A stretch of 64,000 bases of DNA from Ignavibacteria bacterium (GTDB lineage: Bacteria; Bacteroidota; Ignavibacteria; Ch128b). The translations under genes and the position numbers were made by a program. This document shows, piece after piece, positions 9,396 through 19,370 of the stretch. The DNA lies in assembly GCA_016873845.1 (NCBI GenBank), contig VGVX01000002.1, positions 9,444 to 73,443 of the forward strand. Reading direction: 5' to 3'. The notes beneath the pieces were generated by a model that was given only the letters and a program-made list of their open reading frames with translations, ran no database searches and was not told where the DNA came from. How positions within the stretch are numbered: the first letter of the stretch is position 1; each line of letters starts with the position of its first letter.

Positions 9396-10853
9396 TTATT
9401 TAATTAGAGACATTTTTTTGTTCAAAGTTTGTTTTGCATTTTTTAGCGAATAGATATAAGTTCCTGATGCTAATTTAGATGCATCAAACGTTACTTTATA
9501 ATTTCCTTTCTCAAATTCGGCACCGCCGATAAGTTCAGTAACGAGTTCTCCAAGAGAATTGTAAACTATCAAGCTAACATTAGATTTTTCGATCACAGAG
9601 AATTCAATTGTAGTCTGCGGGTTGAATGGATTAGGATAGTTCTGATGCAATTCAAATGAAGTTGGAATTTTATCAGTTTTTTCAACGCTAAGAATTACGA
9701 TTGGAACTGTGGGTAAAGTACCATTGTATTTCCATTTGTCAACTGTCCACCCATAATGAGAAACAGAATACAGGTTAAATGAATTATCAACATCTACATT
9801 ATAAACTGAAGTATAACCAGAAACGTCGCCTTGTTTACCACCATCACCTCGATTACTGTAAGAGCCTGTTTTCTTGTAATTCCAATCAGCCATATCGATC
9901 ATTCCAAGTCTTTCTCCAGTATTAGGATTTAATACATAAGCTCTGCCGTATGAATAAGCTGCACTTCCACCAAGAAGGACATCACACGCGACAAATAGTA
10001 AATTCTTTGTTGGCATTATCTTCATACCCATTGGACCAGGTCTTGAAGTTGGAGAATTAGGTACAGTATCATTATAAGTGAAATTAAATCCAGTATATTT
10101 TGTATACCCAGTGGCAGGGCTTCCAGTATAACAATAAATTTTTCTTGTAGTGTAATTTGAAACATAAATCAACGTTCCCGCTTTATTCACTGCTACACCT
10201 CTAATATAACCTGGTTCAGGCAATGTTATTGTCTGAAGTGGAGTTGATGAATGCAAGAATCCCCAATTGACGTCATTATTAATAGAGTTGTAAACCAGAA
10301 CCTTTCCAGCATTTGTGGAATCCCCTTCTTTTGTGACATAAACTAAGCCAGCTTGATCGACATCGATTCCAAATATTGGTTTGTTATCCCCAGTGGACAT
10401 TCTCCACTCGGTTGAGTATACGCTGTCAGTCCGAACGGCAAATACCAAAATATTTCTATCAACGGTATCATTGTTCGCCACGTAAACAAGACTATCACTT
10501 CCAACAGCGATATCCCAAGGTTTTAGCATATCAACAACGTCGAATCCACTGATCCATTGCTGTCTATACCCGCCTACACCACTTGTACCATAAGGGTACC
10601 TTCCAATGCGTCCATTTGCTGAATCTGCATTTTTATATGCAACCAGGTAGGCGGTGTTATTAGTTGGTCTATTTACAAGTGCAACGAAATTATTTTCGGA
10701 AAAAACTCCGACGCTGGGAGTGTTATATCCCGTTGAATTTGGTTGATCGTCCCAAGTTGCATAAGCACAGTACCAGAGTGAATCTATCATTTGTGCATTA
10801 GTGAAGTTAACGATCCCCAAAAAAAGAATTAAAAAAAACGTAATTTTCTTCAT
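9396..10853 (-). CDS. Secreted beta-propeller (NHL/YVTN-like repeat) protein with a T9SS C-terminal sorting domain, co-transcribed with the downstream cargo gene
   Basis: Signal peptide 'MKKITFFLILFLGIVNFTNAQ'. Repeats such as 'SLVYVANNDT', 'GLVYVTKEGDS' and 'GTLIYVSNYTTRKIYCY' are present. The C-terminal 'HQNYPNPFNPQTTIEF...ASGTYIYSL' is a T9SS domain. There is only a 30 bp gap with AGGAG before the next gene. Confidence 0.75.
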   Translation of the reverse strand: MKKITFFLILFLGIVNFTNAQMIDSLWYCAYATWDDQPNSTGYNTPSVGVFSENNFVALVNRPTNNTAYLVAYKNADSANGRIGRYPYGTSGVGGYRQQWISGFDVVDMLKPWDIAVGSDSLVYVANNDTVDRNILVFAVRTDSVYSTEWRMSTGDNKPIFGIDVDQAGLVYVTKEGDSTNAGKVLVYNSINNDVNWGFLHSSTPLQTITLPEPGYIRGVAVNKAGTLIYVSNYTTRKIYCYTGSPATGYTKYTGFNFTYNDTVPNSPTSRPGPMGMKIMPTKNLLFVACDVLLGGSAAYSYGRAYVLNPNTGERLGMIDMADWNYKKTGSYSNRGDGGKQGDVSGYTSVYNVDVDNSFNLYSVSHYGWTVDKWKYNGTLPTVPIVILSVEKTDKIPTSFELHQNYPNPFNPQTTIEFSVIEKSNVSLIVYNSLGELVTELIGGAEFEKGNYKVTFDASKLASGTYIYSLKNAKQTLNKKMSLIK

Positions 10854-11069
10854 AGCTCTCCTGAGTTAGTTTTTATTTTATATTTATTTGCATTATGTAC
10901 CGGTCGGATATTTATCCATTTCTAAACCTAAAGTTAAACTTTTGGCGTTAAAAATCAATATTAATCGACAAATGTTTTAGAGAATTAAAGATTCAGTTTA
11001 GCCCGAAAAAAGCTCAACCAATCGTTATTGTATTTTTTTTATTGAATGCATAACTTGACAACTGATTAA

Positions 11070-12419
11070 ATGACAATTCTGTTGATCAAAAATTACTCTC
11101 GGCAAGTCCTTTCCATTGCATTGCCGGCAATTGCGGGATTGTCGAGCCACATAATCGTTGCGATAGTTGATACTGCAATGGTTGGCAGACTCGAAAACGC
11201 AAAATACAGTCTTGCTGCTATGGGTATTGGAGTACTAGCTACCTGGGCAGTTACAAGTTTTTTTTCAAGTCTGAGTACGGGCACTCATGTTTTAGTTGCG
11301 AGGCGTGAAGGGGAAGGGGATTTTCTCGAGTGCCGAAAGATTTTAAATACTTCACTAATACTTTCTTTCCTTATTGGAGTTGTATTTGGAACAATAATTT
11401 TCTTCGGTGCTTCGTCATTTACATTTTTAATTTCTGCTGATCCAATTGTTGAAAAACTTTCTGGCGAGTACATATCGATCAGATTTCTTTCCCTACCATT
11501 TTTTTTAATGATCGTATCATATCGTGGATTCTTTTTTGGGATCGGACATACGAAAATTTTTATGATTTCTGGAATCATTCTAAATATTGTAAACATTTTC
11601 TTTAATTGGGTTTTTATTTATGGAAATTTGGGTGCGCCTAAACTTGGTTTAACGGGCGCAGCTCTTGCTTCAGCAATTGCAACAGTTGTCGACTTCTTTT
11701 TTTATTTGTATGTAACATTTTTGCATTATTATCGAAAAAAATACAAAAATCCTGGTTCCTTTAATTTCGATTTAAAAGCAATGACTCAAATAATAAAATT
11801 ATCTCTGCCGGTTTCTTTCCAGAATATTTTTATTCTAGTTGGATTTTTAAGTTTCATTGCAATAATCGGTTTGATTGGGACACTCGAACAAGCTGCAACT
11901 CAGACCGTTATTTCATCAATATTTATTTCGCTTCTGCCTTGTTTCGGATTTGGAATTGCAGCTCAGACTCTAGTGGGTAATAAACTTGGCTTGAAAGAAT
12001 TCGAGAATGCCAAAAAACTTGGGAATGAAACTTTAAAACTAGTAACGATTTTTACTTTATTCATTGCATTTATTTTCATTGTGTTTCCAGAATTTATTCT
12101 GAGAATAATAACCACCGATGAAACAATTGTGCAGGCAGCTATTACACCTTTAAGAATTGCTGGATTTGCTCAGATATTTTACGGTGCTGCGATTGTGTTA
12201 GCGAATATAATCCAAACTGCTGGATTAACGCTTTATGTAATGTTATCTGAAGTGATAACCAATTGGATAATTTTCATCCCGCTTGTATATTTATTTGGAG
12301 TTGTCTTTGATTTTGGTTTTGTTGCAACATGGTTCAGTCTTCCCATTTATATCATTTCTTATTTGCTGCTTCTGCTTATTAAATATGCTTCAGGTAAATG
12401 GATGTTAAAAAAAGTATGA
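11070..12419 (+). CDS. MATE-family multidrug/oligosaccharidyl-lipid efflux transporter
   Basis: 449 aa with 12 predicted TM helices and two-fold internal repeat architecture. The N-terminal 'LSIALPAIAGLSSHIIVAIVDTAMVGRL' is typical of MATE (NorM/DinF) proteins. Confidence 0.8.
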   Translation: MTILLIKNYSRQVLSIALPAIAGLSSHIIVAIVDTAMVGRLENAKYSLAAMGIGVLATWAVTSFFSSLSTGTHVLVARREGEGDFLECRKILNTSLILSFLIGVVFGTIIFFGASSFTFLISADPIVEKLSGEYISIRFLSLPFFLMIVSYRGFFFGIGHTKIFMISGIILNIVNIFFNWVFIYGNLGAPKLGLTGAALASAIATVVDFFFYLYVTFLHYYRKKYKNPGSFNFDLKAMTQIIKLSLPVSFQNIFILVGFLSFIAIIGLIGTLEQAATQTVISSIFISLLPCFGFGIAAQTLVGNKLGLKEFENAKKLGNETLKLVTIFTLFIAFIFIVFPEFILRIITTDETIVQAAITPLRIAGFAQIFYGAAIVLANIIQTAGLTLYVMLSEVITNWIIFIPLVYLFGVVFDFGFVATWFSLPIYIISYLLLLLIKYASGKWMLKKV

Positions 12420-14491
12420 ATTTTTTCTTAACTCGGCTTTCAAAAATTAACTCACTAGCCATTTTAGCGGCAATACTGATTCTGTTTAAAATTATTCTTA
12501 ACTCAAACGAATCGTTAATCTTTGTGATTGTGTTTGACTTGGTGTTGATATCCTTTTTCTTCCTGTTAACCTCATACTTTTACGATTTGCTTCGCAATAA
12601 GAAAACACAACCATTAAGTTTAATAATAAACATAATCGTTGTCGGAGCCGTCCTACTTTTTTTATCGGCATTATCGTTTAGTCTCTTTGAAAACATTTTT
12701 TCAAGTATTCGAGATGTTTTAAGGGAGGGAAATGTATTTGTTCTGATACTTTCTTCTTTTTATTCGATCATTGTTCTCATCGGCTCTGCTTATTTAATTT
12801 CTATTTTAACTTATCTTTTCTTTTTGAAACAGAAAAAAAATCTACGGTTGTATCATCGAACTATGATGATATTCATTGCTCTTGCTGCATTTTCGAATGT
12901 ATTTCACGATATGAATGAGATCAAGTTTATCAATTACACATTTTCTTCCGTAGCATACATATTTATCGGATGGAACTCAATACGAATATCTTGGATTGCA
13001 TTTATAACCAAGAAGGAAAAGTTTATAATCATGCTTCTTTCCATTGGAGTGCTTATTCTTTTTGGATTTAATACCGAGCAGTTTCAACTCAATTACACAA
13101 TTGGGAGAATTATTTTCATTTTCTCACCGACGCTTGCAAAAGGGATTTCAATAATTTTTATATATTTAATAATATACAGCACTGTGCTTCTTTTTACTTC
13201 ACTATTTCATCTTCCGACCTCGGAAGCATTCGAGAGAAAAGCCCAGGAAGTTACCTCACTCCAAGACTTAACTAAATTACTTACCCAGGTTTTTGATTTT
13301 TCAGAATTAGCGGAAACTGTTACGACAACAACCATCAAAGTTTGTAACTCAGATTCTGCCTGGTTGAGCATATTTAACAAAAACGAAAAGAAATTTTCTG
13401 CTGTATCAGTGAAAAATATAAAACACATTAGCGCAAATAACATAACTAATTCGATTGCACAAGAATTGAATTCCAGTGGTGGAAATCAATTTGGGTACCT
13501 CCGAGTGAGTGAATTAAAAGATGATTCAATGAGTGAAGTTTCGGACTTGGGGAATCTCGTCGTTGCTTATGCACCACTAAAAATTCATGGCGAAGTAAAT
13601 GGATATTTATTTGCTGGTAAAAGCGGTCAGATTGATTTCGATGAGGATGATATAAATGCAATCAAATCATTTGCAGAATATTCTGCAATCGCAATTGAAA
13701 ACTCCCGTTTGCTGATCGAGTCCATTGAAAAGGAGAGACTTGAAAAAGAGCTTGATCTGGCAAGAGAAGTCCAAAATAGGATTTTGCCTCATAAAACACC
13801 TATGATCAGAAATCTAGATATTTCATCTGTGTTCATTCCAGCATTTGAAGTCGGCGGCGATTATTTTGACTTTTTTGAAGTCGATAAAAATAAATTGGGA
13901 GTTGTGATTGCTGACGTTAGCGGCAAAGGTGTATCAGCTGCCTTTTATATGGCGGAAGTGAAAGGAATTTTTGAATCACTTTCGAAAATTCTTATAAGTC
14001 CGAAAGAGATTTTACTTAAAGCAAATGAAGTTTTAGAACGGAGTTTAGATTCCAAGACTTTTGTCAGCTCTGCATATTGTTTATTCGACTTGGAAAAATC
14101 GAAAGTAATGTTGGCACGTGGCGGGCATTGTCCCATTATATTAATGAGAGAGAGACAAGTTCAATACATACGCCCAACTGGTATCGGATTGGGATTGAAT
14201 GCTACAGAAATATTTTCGCAAAATTTATCTGAGACAGAAATTTATTTACAAGAAAATGATATATTAGTACTATTCACTGATGGTATAACTGAAGCGAGAA
14301 ATGAGTATCAGGAAGAGTTCGGTTATACACGTTTTGAAAAGATTCTGAGGGAGAGTACTGATTGCAATGCTGATGAAATCTCGAGACGTGTAATGAAGGA
14401 GATAACCGTTTTCTCAAAAAACAATCATCAGCACGATGATATAACATTGGTGATAATTAAGTACGTCGGAAACAAGGGAGAGACGAAATGA
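12398..14491 (+). CDS. Membrane-anchored sensor PP2C (SpoIIE/RsbU-type) serine phosphatase: N-terminal roughly 8-TM domain, then GAF-like, then a PPM phosphatase domain
   Basis: The first ~270 aa are polytopic membrane. The C-terminal half carries the SpoIIE/PP2C signatures 'FEVGGDYFDFF', 'VVIADVSGKGVSAAFYMAEVKG', 'LVLFTDGITEARN' and a terminal 'HQHDDITLVIIKY'. Confidence 0.8.
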   Translation: MDVKKSMNFFLTRLSKINSLAILAAILILFKIILNSNESLIFVIVFDLVLISFFFLLTSYFYDLLRNKKTQPLSLIINIIVVGAVLLFLSALSFSLFENIFSSIRDVLREGNVFVLILSSFYSIIVLIGSAYLISILTYLFFLKQKKNLRLYHRTMMIFIALAAFSNVFHDMNEIKFINYTFSSVAYIFIGWNSIRISWIAFITKKEKFIIMLLSIGVLILFGFNTEQFQLNYTIGRIIFIFSPTLAKGISIIFIYLIIYSTVLLFTSLFHLPTSEAFERKAQEVTSLQDLTKLLTQVFDFSELAETVTTTTIKVCNSDSAWLSIFNKNEKKFSAVSVKNIKHISANNITNSIAQELNSSGGNQFGYLRVSELKDDSMSEVSDLGNLVVAYAPLKIHGEVNGYLFAGKSGQIDFDEDDINAIKSFAEYSAIAIENSRLLIESIEKERLEKELDLAREVQNRILPHKTPMIRNLDISSVFIPAFEVGGDYFDFFEVDKNKLGVVIADVSGKGVSAAFYMAEVKGIFESLSKILISPKEILLKANEVLERSLDSKTFVSSAYCLFDLEKSKVMLARGGHCPIILMRERQVQYIRPTGIGLGLNATEIFSQNLSETEIYLQENDILVLFTDGITEARNEYQEEFGYTRFEKILRESTDCNADEISRRVMKEITVFSKNNHQHDDITLVIIKYVGNKGETK

Positions 14492-14838
14492 CCGAGTTCA
14501 AAATAAATTCGAGAGAAATCTCGAATGTAAATGTCTTAGACATTACCGGCTATCTCGATGCACATACAGCTCCGGTGCTCGAAGAAGCATTCGCTGGTTT
14601 AATTAATGAGGGCAAGTACAAAATTATTGTTAATTTTTCAACTCTTGATTATATCAGCAGTGCAGGATTGGGAGTCTTCATGGCTTTCATTGATCAGGTA
14701 AGATCCAATTCAGGAGATATTAAATTAACCTCAATGTCAAAGAAAATTTTCAACATCTTTGATCTGCTTGGTTTTCCATTGCTTTATGAAATTTATTCAA
14801 ATGAAACTGATGCCATCAAGAAATACGAAAATCAGTAA
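14488..14838 (+). CDS. STAS-domain anti-sigma-factor antagonist (SpoIIAA/RsbV-like)
   Basis: 116 aa. 'LDITGYLDAHTAPVLEEAF' and 'LDYISSAGLGVF' are the classic STAS motifs, including the phosphorylatable serine. Confidence 0.8.
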   Translation: MTEFKINSREISNVNVLDITGYLDAHTAPVLEEAFAGLINEGKYKIIVNFSTLDYISSAGLGVFMAFIDQVRSNSGDIKLTSMSKKIFNIFDLLGFPLLYEIYSNETDAIKKYENQ

Positions 14839-14847
14839 TTCACCAAA

Positions 14848-15291
14848 TTGAAAACAGAAAAACTACATAGAGAAGCAAAGTTTAAAAGTACTACAAATAA
14901 TTTAGGTAAAATCCGAAGCTTTATAACTAATATTCTGCTACAATGCGAAATATCCGAGGAAGAAAGGGATAAAATAATACTCGCAGTAGATGAAGCTTGC
15001 ACGAATATAATTAAACATGCGTACAAACTCTCTCCAGATAACGACATTAAGATTCAAGTGAATTTTTATGACTCCGAACTAAATATTAAAATAATTGACT
15101 ACGGACAGTCCTTCGATCCTTCAAAGGTTCCAATTCCTGATATTAAAGAATTTTATAAAAAACACAAGGTGGGGGGATTAGGGTTACACTTAATAAGATC
15201 CTTAATGGATGAGGTGGATTTTAAGATAATTCCAGGTGTTCAGAACGAAGTTACATTGGTTAAAGTACTCTCAAAAACTTCGTGCTGTTAA
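14848..15291 (+). CDS. Anti-sigma regulatory factor, a GHKL-type serine kinase (RsbW/SpoIIAB-like)
   Basis: 147 aa. 'LAVDEACTNIIKHAY' is the N-box, and 'KVGGLGLHLIRSLMDEV' is the G-box of the HATPase_c_2 fold. Confidence 0.75.
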   Translation: MKTEKLHREAKFKSTTNNLGKIRSFITNILLQCEISEEERDKIILAVDEACTNIIKHAYKLSPDNDIKIQVNFYDSELNIKIIDYGQSFDPSKVPIPDIKEFYKKHKVGGLGLHLIRSLMDEVDFKIIPGVQNEVTLVKVLSKTSCC

Positions 15292-17003
15292 TGGATTCGC
15301 AAAAATCTGAAAACCAATACGACTTTCGTACTACTTCAGCCAACCTATCAACAATTCTCGAATTTGGTTCACAAATAAATTCAAGCCGAATTCCGGAATT
15401 CGTTTTAAATAATATTTTATTTACTTGTCTTGCCAAATTCTTAGTTAGTAAAGCTGCTATTTTTTTGTTTTCTAAAAATCAGCTTGTACTGAAAGCATCG
15501 AAGGGATGTATAATTGATAAAAATGATCTTGAAATAATTATTCCTCAAAAAATTGATAAATCAAATATTTCCCTCCTGAAAGAGGTTTCGAACTTTAAAT
15601 CGAAATATTCATTTGAGATTATTGAACTGATTCATTCATCCAAGCAAGAATTGGGGATACTTTTTTTGGGGAAGAAATTAAACAATGGTAAGTTTACTGA
15701 TGAAGATGTAATCCTACTAAGAGCAATATTGAATATCTCCGCGCCTGCAATTGAAAATTCAAAGTTTATATCTGAACTGAAAATTGTTAATCAAGAATTA
15801 AATTCAAAAATTACTCAGATCAGAGCATTGTTCGAGATGAGTAAAGAATTCAGTCTACTGCTCGACGTAAAAAGTGTATGCAAGCTGCTGAGTTATACAA
15901 TCATGGGAAACTTGGTGGTTAAACGTTTTGCGTTTCTTTACAAAGAACATGAAGAAATGCGATTATTGGATTCTAATTTTCCAAAAGATGATTTGAGGGA
16001 TTTAAGTCTAAGCTTGGACAAATACAATATTATAACTTCAACTAAAACCAGCGAATTTAGAGATGAGATTTCCAATTCTTTGACAAAACTGGAGCTTGAG
16101 CTGGTTGTTCCAATGCAAATAAAAAACGAGACGATAGGTTTAATATTACTAGGACGAAAATCATCCCGGGAAGACTATTCAGAGAATGACATGGAGTTCC
16201 TTGAGTCGCTAGGAAGTGTTGCAATGGTTTCGCTTGAGAATGCACGACTCTTTAAGAAAGCAATCGAAAAACAAAAAATGGAGGAAGACCTTGCGATCGG
16301 AAAAGAAATTCAGCAAAACCTTTTTCCAAGAATTTTACCTCAATCGAATGTTTTTGATATTTCTGCGATAAATATTTCCTCAAGACAGGTAGGAGGAGAT
16401 TACTACGATGTATTTCGATTAAGTGAAAAAGAGATTCTGATTCTCATCGCTGATGTATCGGGTAAAGGGGTCGGAGCTTCGCTTCTAATGGCTAACTTAC
16501 AGGCGTTTGTGAAATCGCTAACCAAAATCGAATTTGACCTTTGTAGTTTAACTTCCCAAGTAAATGATCTGCTTGTGGAAAATCTTACACCTGGAAAATT
16601 TATAACTTTTTTCTGGGGAATATTGAATGAAGAATTGAGAACATTCAAATATGTGAATGCAGGGCATAATCCGCCGTTATTAATTAGGGATAGAAAGATC
16701 ATAGAGCTCGATAAAGGCGGAATGATACTCGGAGTAATGAAATCAATCAAAGATTACAACTGTGAAATTATTCAGCTTGAAACAGATGATTTAGTTTGCC
16801 TGTTCACAGATGGAGTAACTGAGGCAAAAAATTCTTCGGAGGAAGAATATTCTGATGAAAGACTTAGAGCAAAGATTATTAAAAATGCTAAATCTAATGC
16901 GAAGACCGTAATTGATAAAATTACGAATGATATAAGTAAGTTTTCCTCAAACGTCGAACAGAGTGATGATATAACTCTTCTTATTGTTAAGACTCTTCTT
17001 TAA
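15282..17003 (+). CDS. Cytoplasmic GAF-GAF-PP2C (RsbU/SpoIIE-type) serine phosphatase
   Basis: 573 aa. 'QVGGDYYDVF', 'ILIADVSGKGVGASLLMANLQA', 'VCLFTDGVTEAKN' and 'SDDITLLIVKTL' are PP2C signatures. The N-terminal ~330 aa is GAF-like. Confidence 0.8.
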   Translation: MLLMDSQKSENQYDFRTTSANLSTILEFGSQINSSRIPEFVLNNILFTCLAKFLVSKAAIFLFSKNQLVLKASKGCIIDKNDLEIIIPQKIDKSNISLLKEVSNFKSKYSFEIIELIHSSKQELGILFLGKKLNNGKFTDEDVILLRAILNISAPAIENSKFISELKIVNQELNSKITQIRALFEMSKEFSLLLDVKSVCKLLSYTIMGNLVVKRFAFLYKEHEEMRLLDSNFPKDDLRDLSLSLDKYNIITSTKTSEFRDEISNSLTKLELELVVPMQIKNETIGLILLGRKSSREDYSENDMEFLESLGSVAMVSLENARLFKKAIEKQKMEEDLAIGKEIQQNLFPRILPQSNVFDISAINISSRQVGGDYYDVFRLSEKEILILIADVSGKGVGASLLMANLQAFVKSLTKIEFDLCSLTSQVNDLLVENLTPGKFITFFWGILNEELRTFKYVNAGHNPPLLIRDRKIIELDKGGMILGVMKSIKDYNCEIIQLETDDLVCLFTDGVTEAKNSSEEEYSDERLRAKIIKNAKSNAKTVIDKITNDISKFSSNVEQSDDITLLIVKTLL

Positions 17004-18168
17004 CATTTCTCAAGCTTATCAATCCTACCAAAAAAAATATTCCACCGGAAATTATAAATCCAAGCCGAACACCATATTGAAGTGCAAACAGTCCACTCAA
17101 TGTTGGTCCCAATAGATTTCCAAGAATTTGTGAACTGCTTGCGAATCCCAAAATTCCACCACGCCGATCAAGGGGTGTGTTGTGACTTACAAGTGTGTAA
17201 ATGATTGGTAATATTCCTCCGAGTGCAAAACCAAGAAATGCTCTGACAATTATTACTGGAATTGGATTGTGAAGAAAAAAGTGTGATGCATAACAAATTG
17301 AACCAATAATCGCTGCTGTCATGAGAAGTTTTCTTGGTTGGAACTTCTCACTTAGTTTACCCCAAAATGGAGCCGCTATTACTGTAAAAATTCCCATAAT
17401 TCCATATAAAACTCCTGCAGTCGTAGCGAGATAATTTTTGTCAATATTAAGTGTTTCAACATATAGAGCAAACAGTGGCTGAATAAATCCGACTCCTGTC
17501 TGAGCGATAACAATTAAGAGTAAAAGTATTTTCAATTGTTTGAATTGAAAAATATAATTTAGATTGTGCCTGACAGAAAATTTTTTCTGTGTGTCCTCTT
17601 GAATTTTGTTTTCACGGACAAGGGAAATGACAAGTAAACCGCTTAGGGAACAAATTCCTGCGACGAGATAAAATATCGGTCGGATACCAATTGTATCTGC
17701 AAGTGTCCCACCGAAGAAAGGTCCAAGAACAGTGCCTGCGGAAGTTGCAGTCTGTAAAATTCCGAGGGCATAACCGGTTTTCTCTTTTGGTGTGGTTGTC
17801 GAAATCAAAGCTAATGATGCCGGTAGGAATCCACTTATTGCACCTTGAACGAGTCTTGCTGCTAATAATTGATAGACATTTTGAGAAAATCCAATGAACA
17901 GTTGAGCTAACGCTAATCCAAAAATTGCCCGGATAACCATCAGTTTTCTGCCGTACTTATCACCTAAATATCCCCAAAAAGGAACAAGAAAAAATGAAAG
18001 TACAAATGGTCCCGAGAAAACAAAACCGCTCCATTTAGCAGTCTCATTCACATCAGTGATACCAAGTTCGCGGACGAAAAGCGGAAGAAATGGTATTACT
18101 AAGCTCATTCCAAGCATAGCGATAAATTGACATATCCACATTACAAATAGATTACGACGCCAGGACAC
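16987..18168 (-). CDS. MFS transporter
   Basis: 393 aa with 12 TM helices. An MFS signature-like 'GYLGDKYGRKLMV' sits after TM2. The 3' end overlaps the convergent PP2C gene by 17 nt. Confidence 0.8.
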   Translation of the reverse strand: MSWRRNLFVMWICQFIAMLGMSLVIPFLPLFVRELGITDVNETAKWSGFVFSGPFVLSFFLVPFWGYLGDKYGRKLMVIRAIFGLALAQLFIGFSQNVYQLLAARLVQGAISGFLPASLALISTTTPKEKTGYALGILQTATSAGTVLGPFFGGTLADTIGIRPIFYLVAGICSLSGLLVISLVRENKIQEDTQKKFSVRHNLNYIFQFKQLKILLLLIVIAQTGVGFIQPLFALYVETLNIDKNYLATTAGVLYGIMGIFTVIAAPFWGKLSEKFQPRKLLMTAAIIGSICYASHFFLHNPIPVIIVRAFLGFALGGILPIIYTLVSHNTPLDRRGGILGFASSSQILGNLLGPTLSGLFALQYGVRLGFIISGGIFFLVGLISLRNVKEES

Positions 18169-18315
18169 TAATCATTCAGCTTTCATTAACGATTGATTCA
18201 TTATTCTTCAATTTTCTTTACAATAATACCAATAATTTATTCAATGATTGGCAGAATGTAACTTTTTTTTCCAGAATATTGACATTAACTTGAATTGCCT
18301 TTATATTTGCTAAGT

Positions 18316-18711
18316 ATGAAACGGTTTCTATACATTACGATATTCATATCGTTCATCTCTGTTCTCTTTGCCGGAACTTTCCTCGAATATTTTCGAGGAA
18401 AGAGCGAAAGTGAACGTGTAGTTCTTGAATGGAAAACTCGAGAAGAGGCTTCACTCAAAGAATTCACAGTCGAACGAAAATCTGCAGTCGGGGATTATAT
18501 TACAATAGGAACTATTTCACCTAAAGGAAGCAATTCACTTTATACATTCACTGATGAAACTGCCTTTAAAAGCTCCTCATCTGTTTATTATTACAGAATA
18601 AAAATACTTGATACAGACGGCTCTTATGCATATTCGAATGAAATTACAATCATTCATAGTGTGTCAAGTGTTAAGAGAACTTGGGGAAGCATTAAGGCAA
18701 TGTTTAGATAA
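18316..18711 (+). CDS. Small membrane-anchored or secreted hypothetical protein with one Fn3/Ig-like beta-sandwich
   Basis: An N-terminal hydrophobic segment 'FLYITIFISFISVLFAG' is followed by 'VVLEWKTREEASLKEFTVERK...YYYRIKILDTDGSYAYSNEITI', a typical Fn3-like strand pattern. Confidence 0.35.
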   Translation: MKRFLYITIFISFISVLFAGTFLEYFRGKSESERVVLEWKTREEASLKEFTVERKSAVGDYITIGTISPKGSNSLYTFTDETAFKSSSSVYYYRIKILDTDGSYAYSNEITIIHSVSSVKRTWGSIKAMFR

Positions 18712-18770
18712 AATTCTTTTCTCTTTTTTAATAATCCTTCAATCCGTAATTTTGCACCATTAATTTTAAA

Positions 18771-19361
18771 ATGAGTTTATTAGAACTTTCAAAATTACCA
18801 CTCGTACTTGCATCAAATTCACCAAGAAGAAAACATCTTTTATCAGTCATCGGTTTGAAATTTGAATCCGTCTCTCCGGATGTTGATGAAACTCCTATAA
18901 AGAATGAAACTCCATTAAAGTTTGCCCAACGTATCGCTAAAGAAAAAAATGAAATTGTGAGTTCAAAATTCACAAATAAAATAATTCTCTCTGCGGATAC
19001 AATTGTCGTGCTTGGGAATAAAATCTTGAATAAGCCGAAAGATAAAGTAGAAGCTTCTAAAATGTTGAAGTCATTGAGCGGGAAAACACATAAGGTTATT
19101 ACGGCAATTACCCTCAACAATCAAATCAAGAAAAAAATACTCAGAGATCATGAAATAACAAAAGTTACATTTCGAAAATTGCAGCTATCTGAAATCGAGG
19201 AATATGTTGAAGGAGGAACCTGTATGGATAAAGCAGGTTCGTATGGAATTCAAGAAGATTTTGGTGCAGTCTTTGTTGAAAATGTGAACGGTTGTTACTA
19301 CAATATAATGGGACTTCCATTAACAAAAACTTATCAAATGCTTCAAGAAACAATAAAGTGA
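18771..19361 (+). CDS. maf: Maf-family nucleoside triphosphate pyrophosphatase (septum formation protein Maf)
   Basis: 'LVLASNSPRRKHLL', 'ILSADTIVVL' and the C-terminal 'GLPL' are Maf hallmarks. Confidence 0.85.
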   Translation: MSLLELSKLPLVLASNSPRRKHLLSVIGLKFESVSPDVDETPIKNETPLKFAQRIAKEKNEIVSSKFTNKIILSADTIVVLGNKILNKPKDKVEASKMLKSLSGKTHKVITAITLNNQIKKKILRDHEITKVTFRKLQLSEIEEYVEGGTCMDKAGSYGIQEDFGAVFVENVNGCYYNIMGLPLTKTYQMLQETIK

Positions 19362-19370
19362 TAAAATAAT

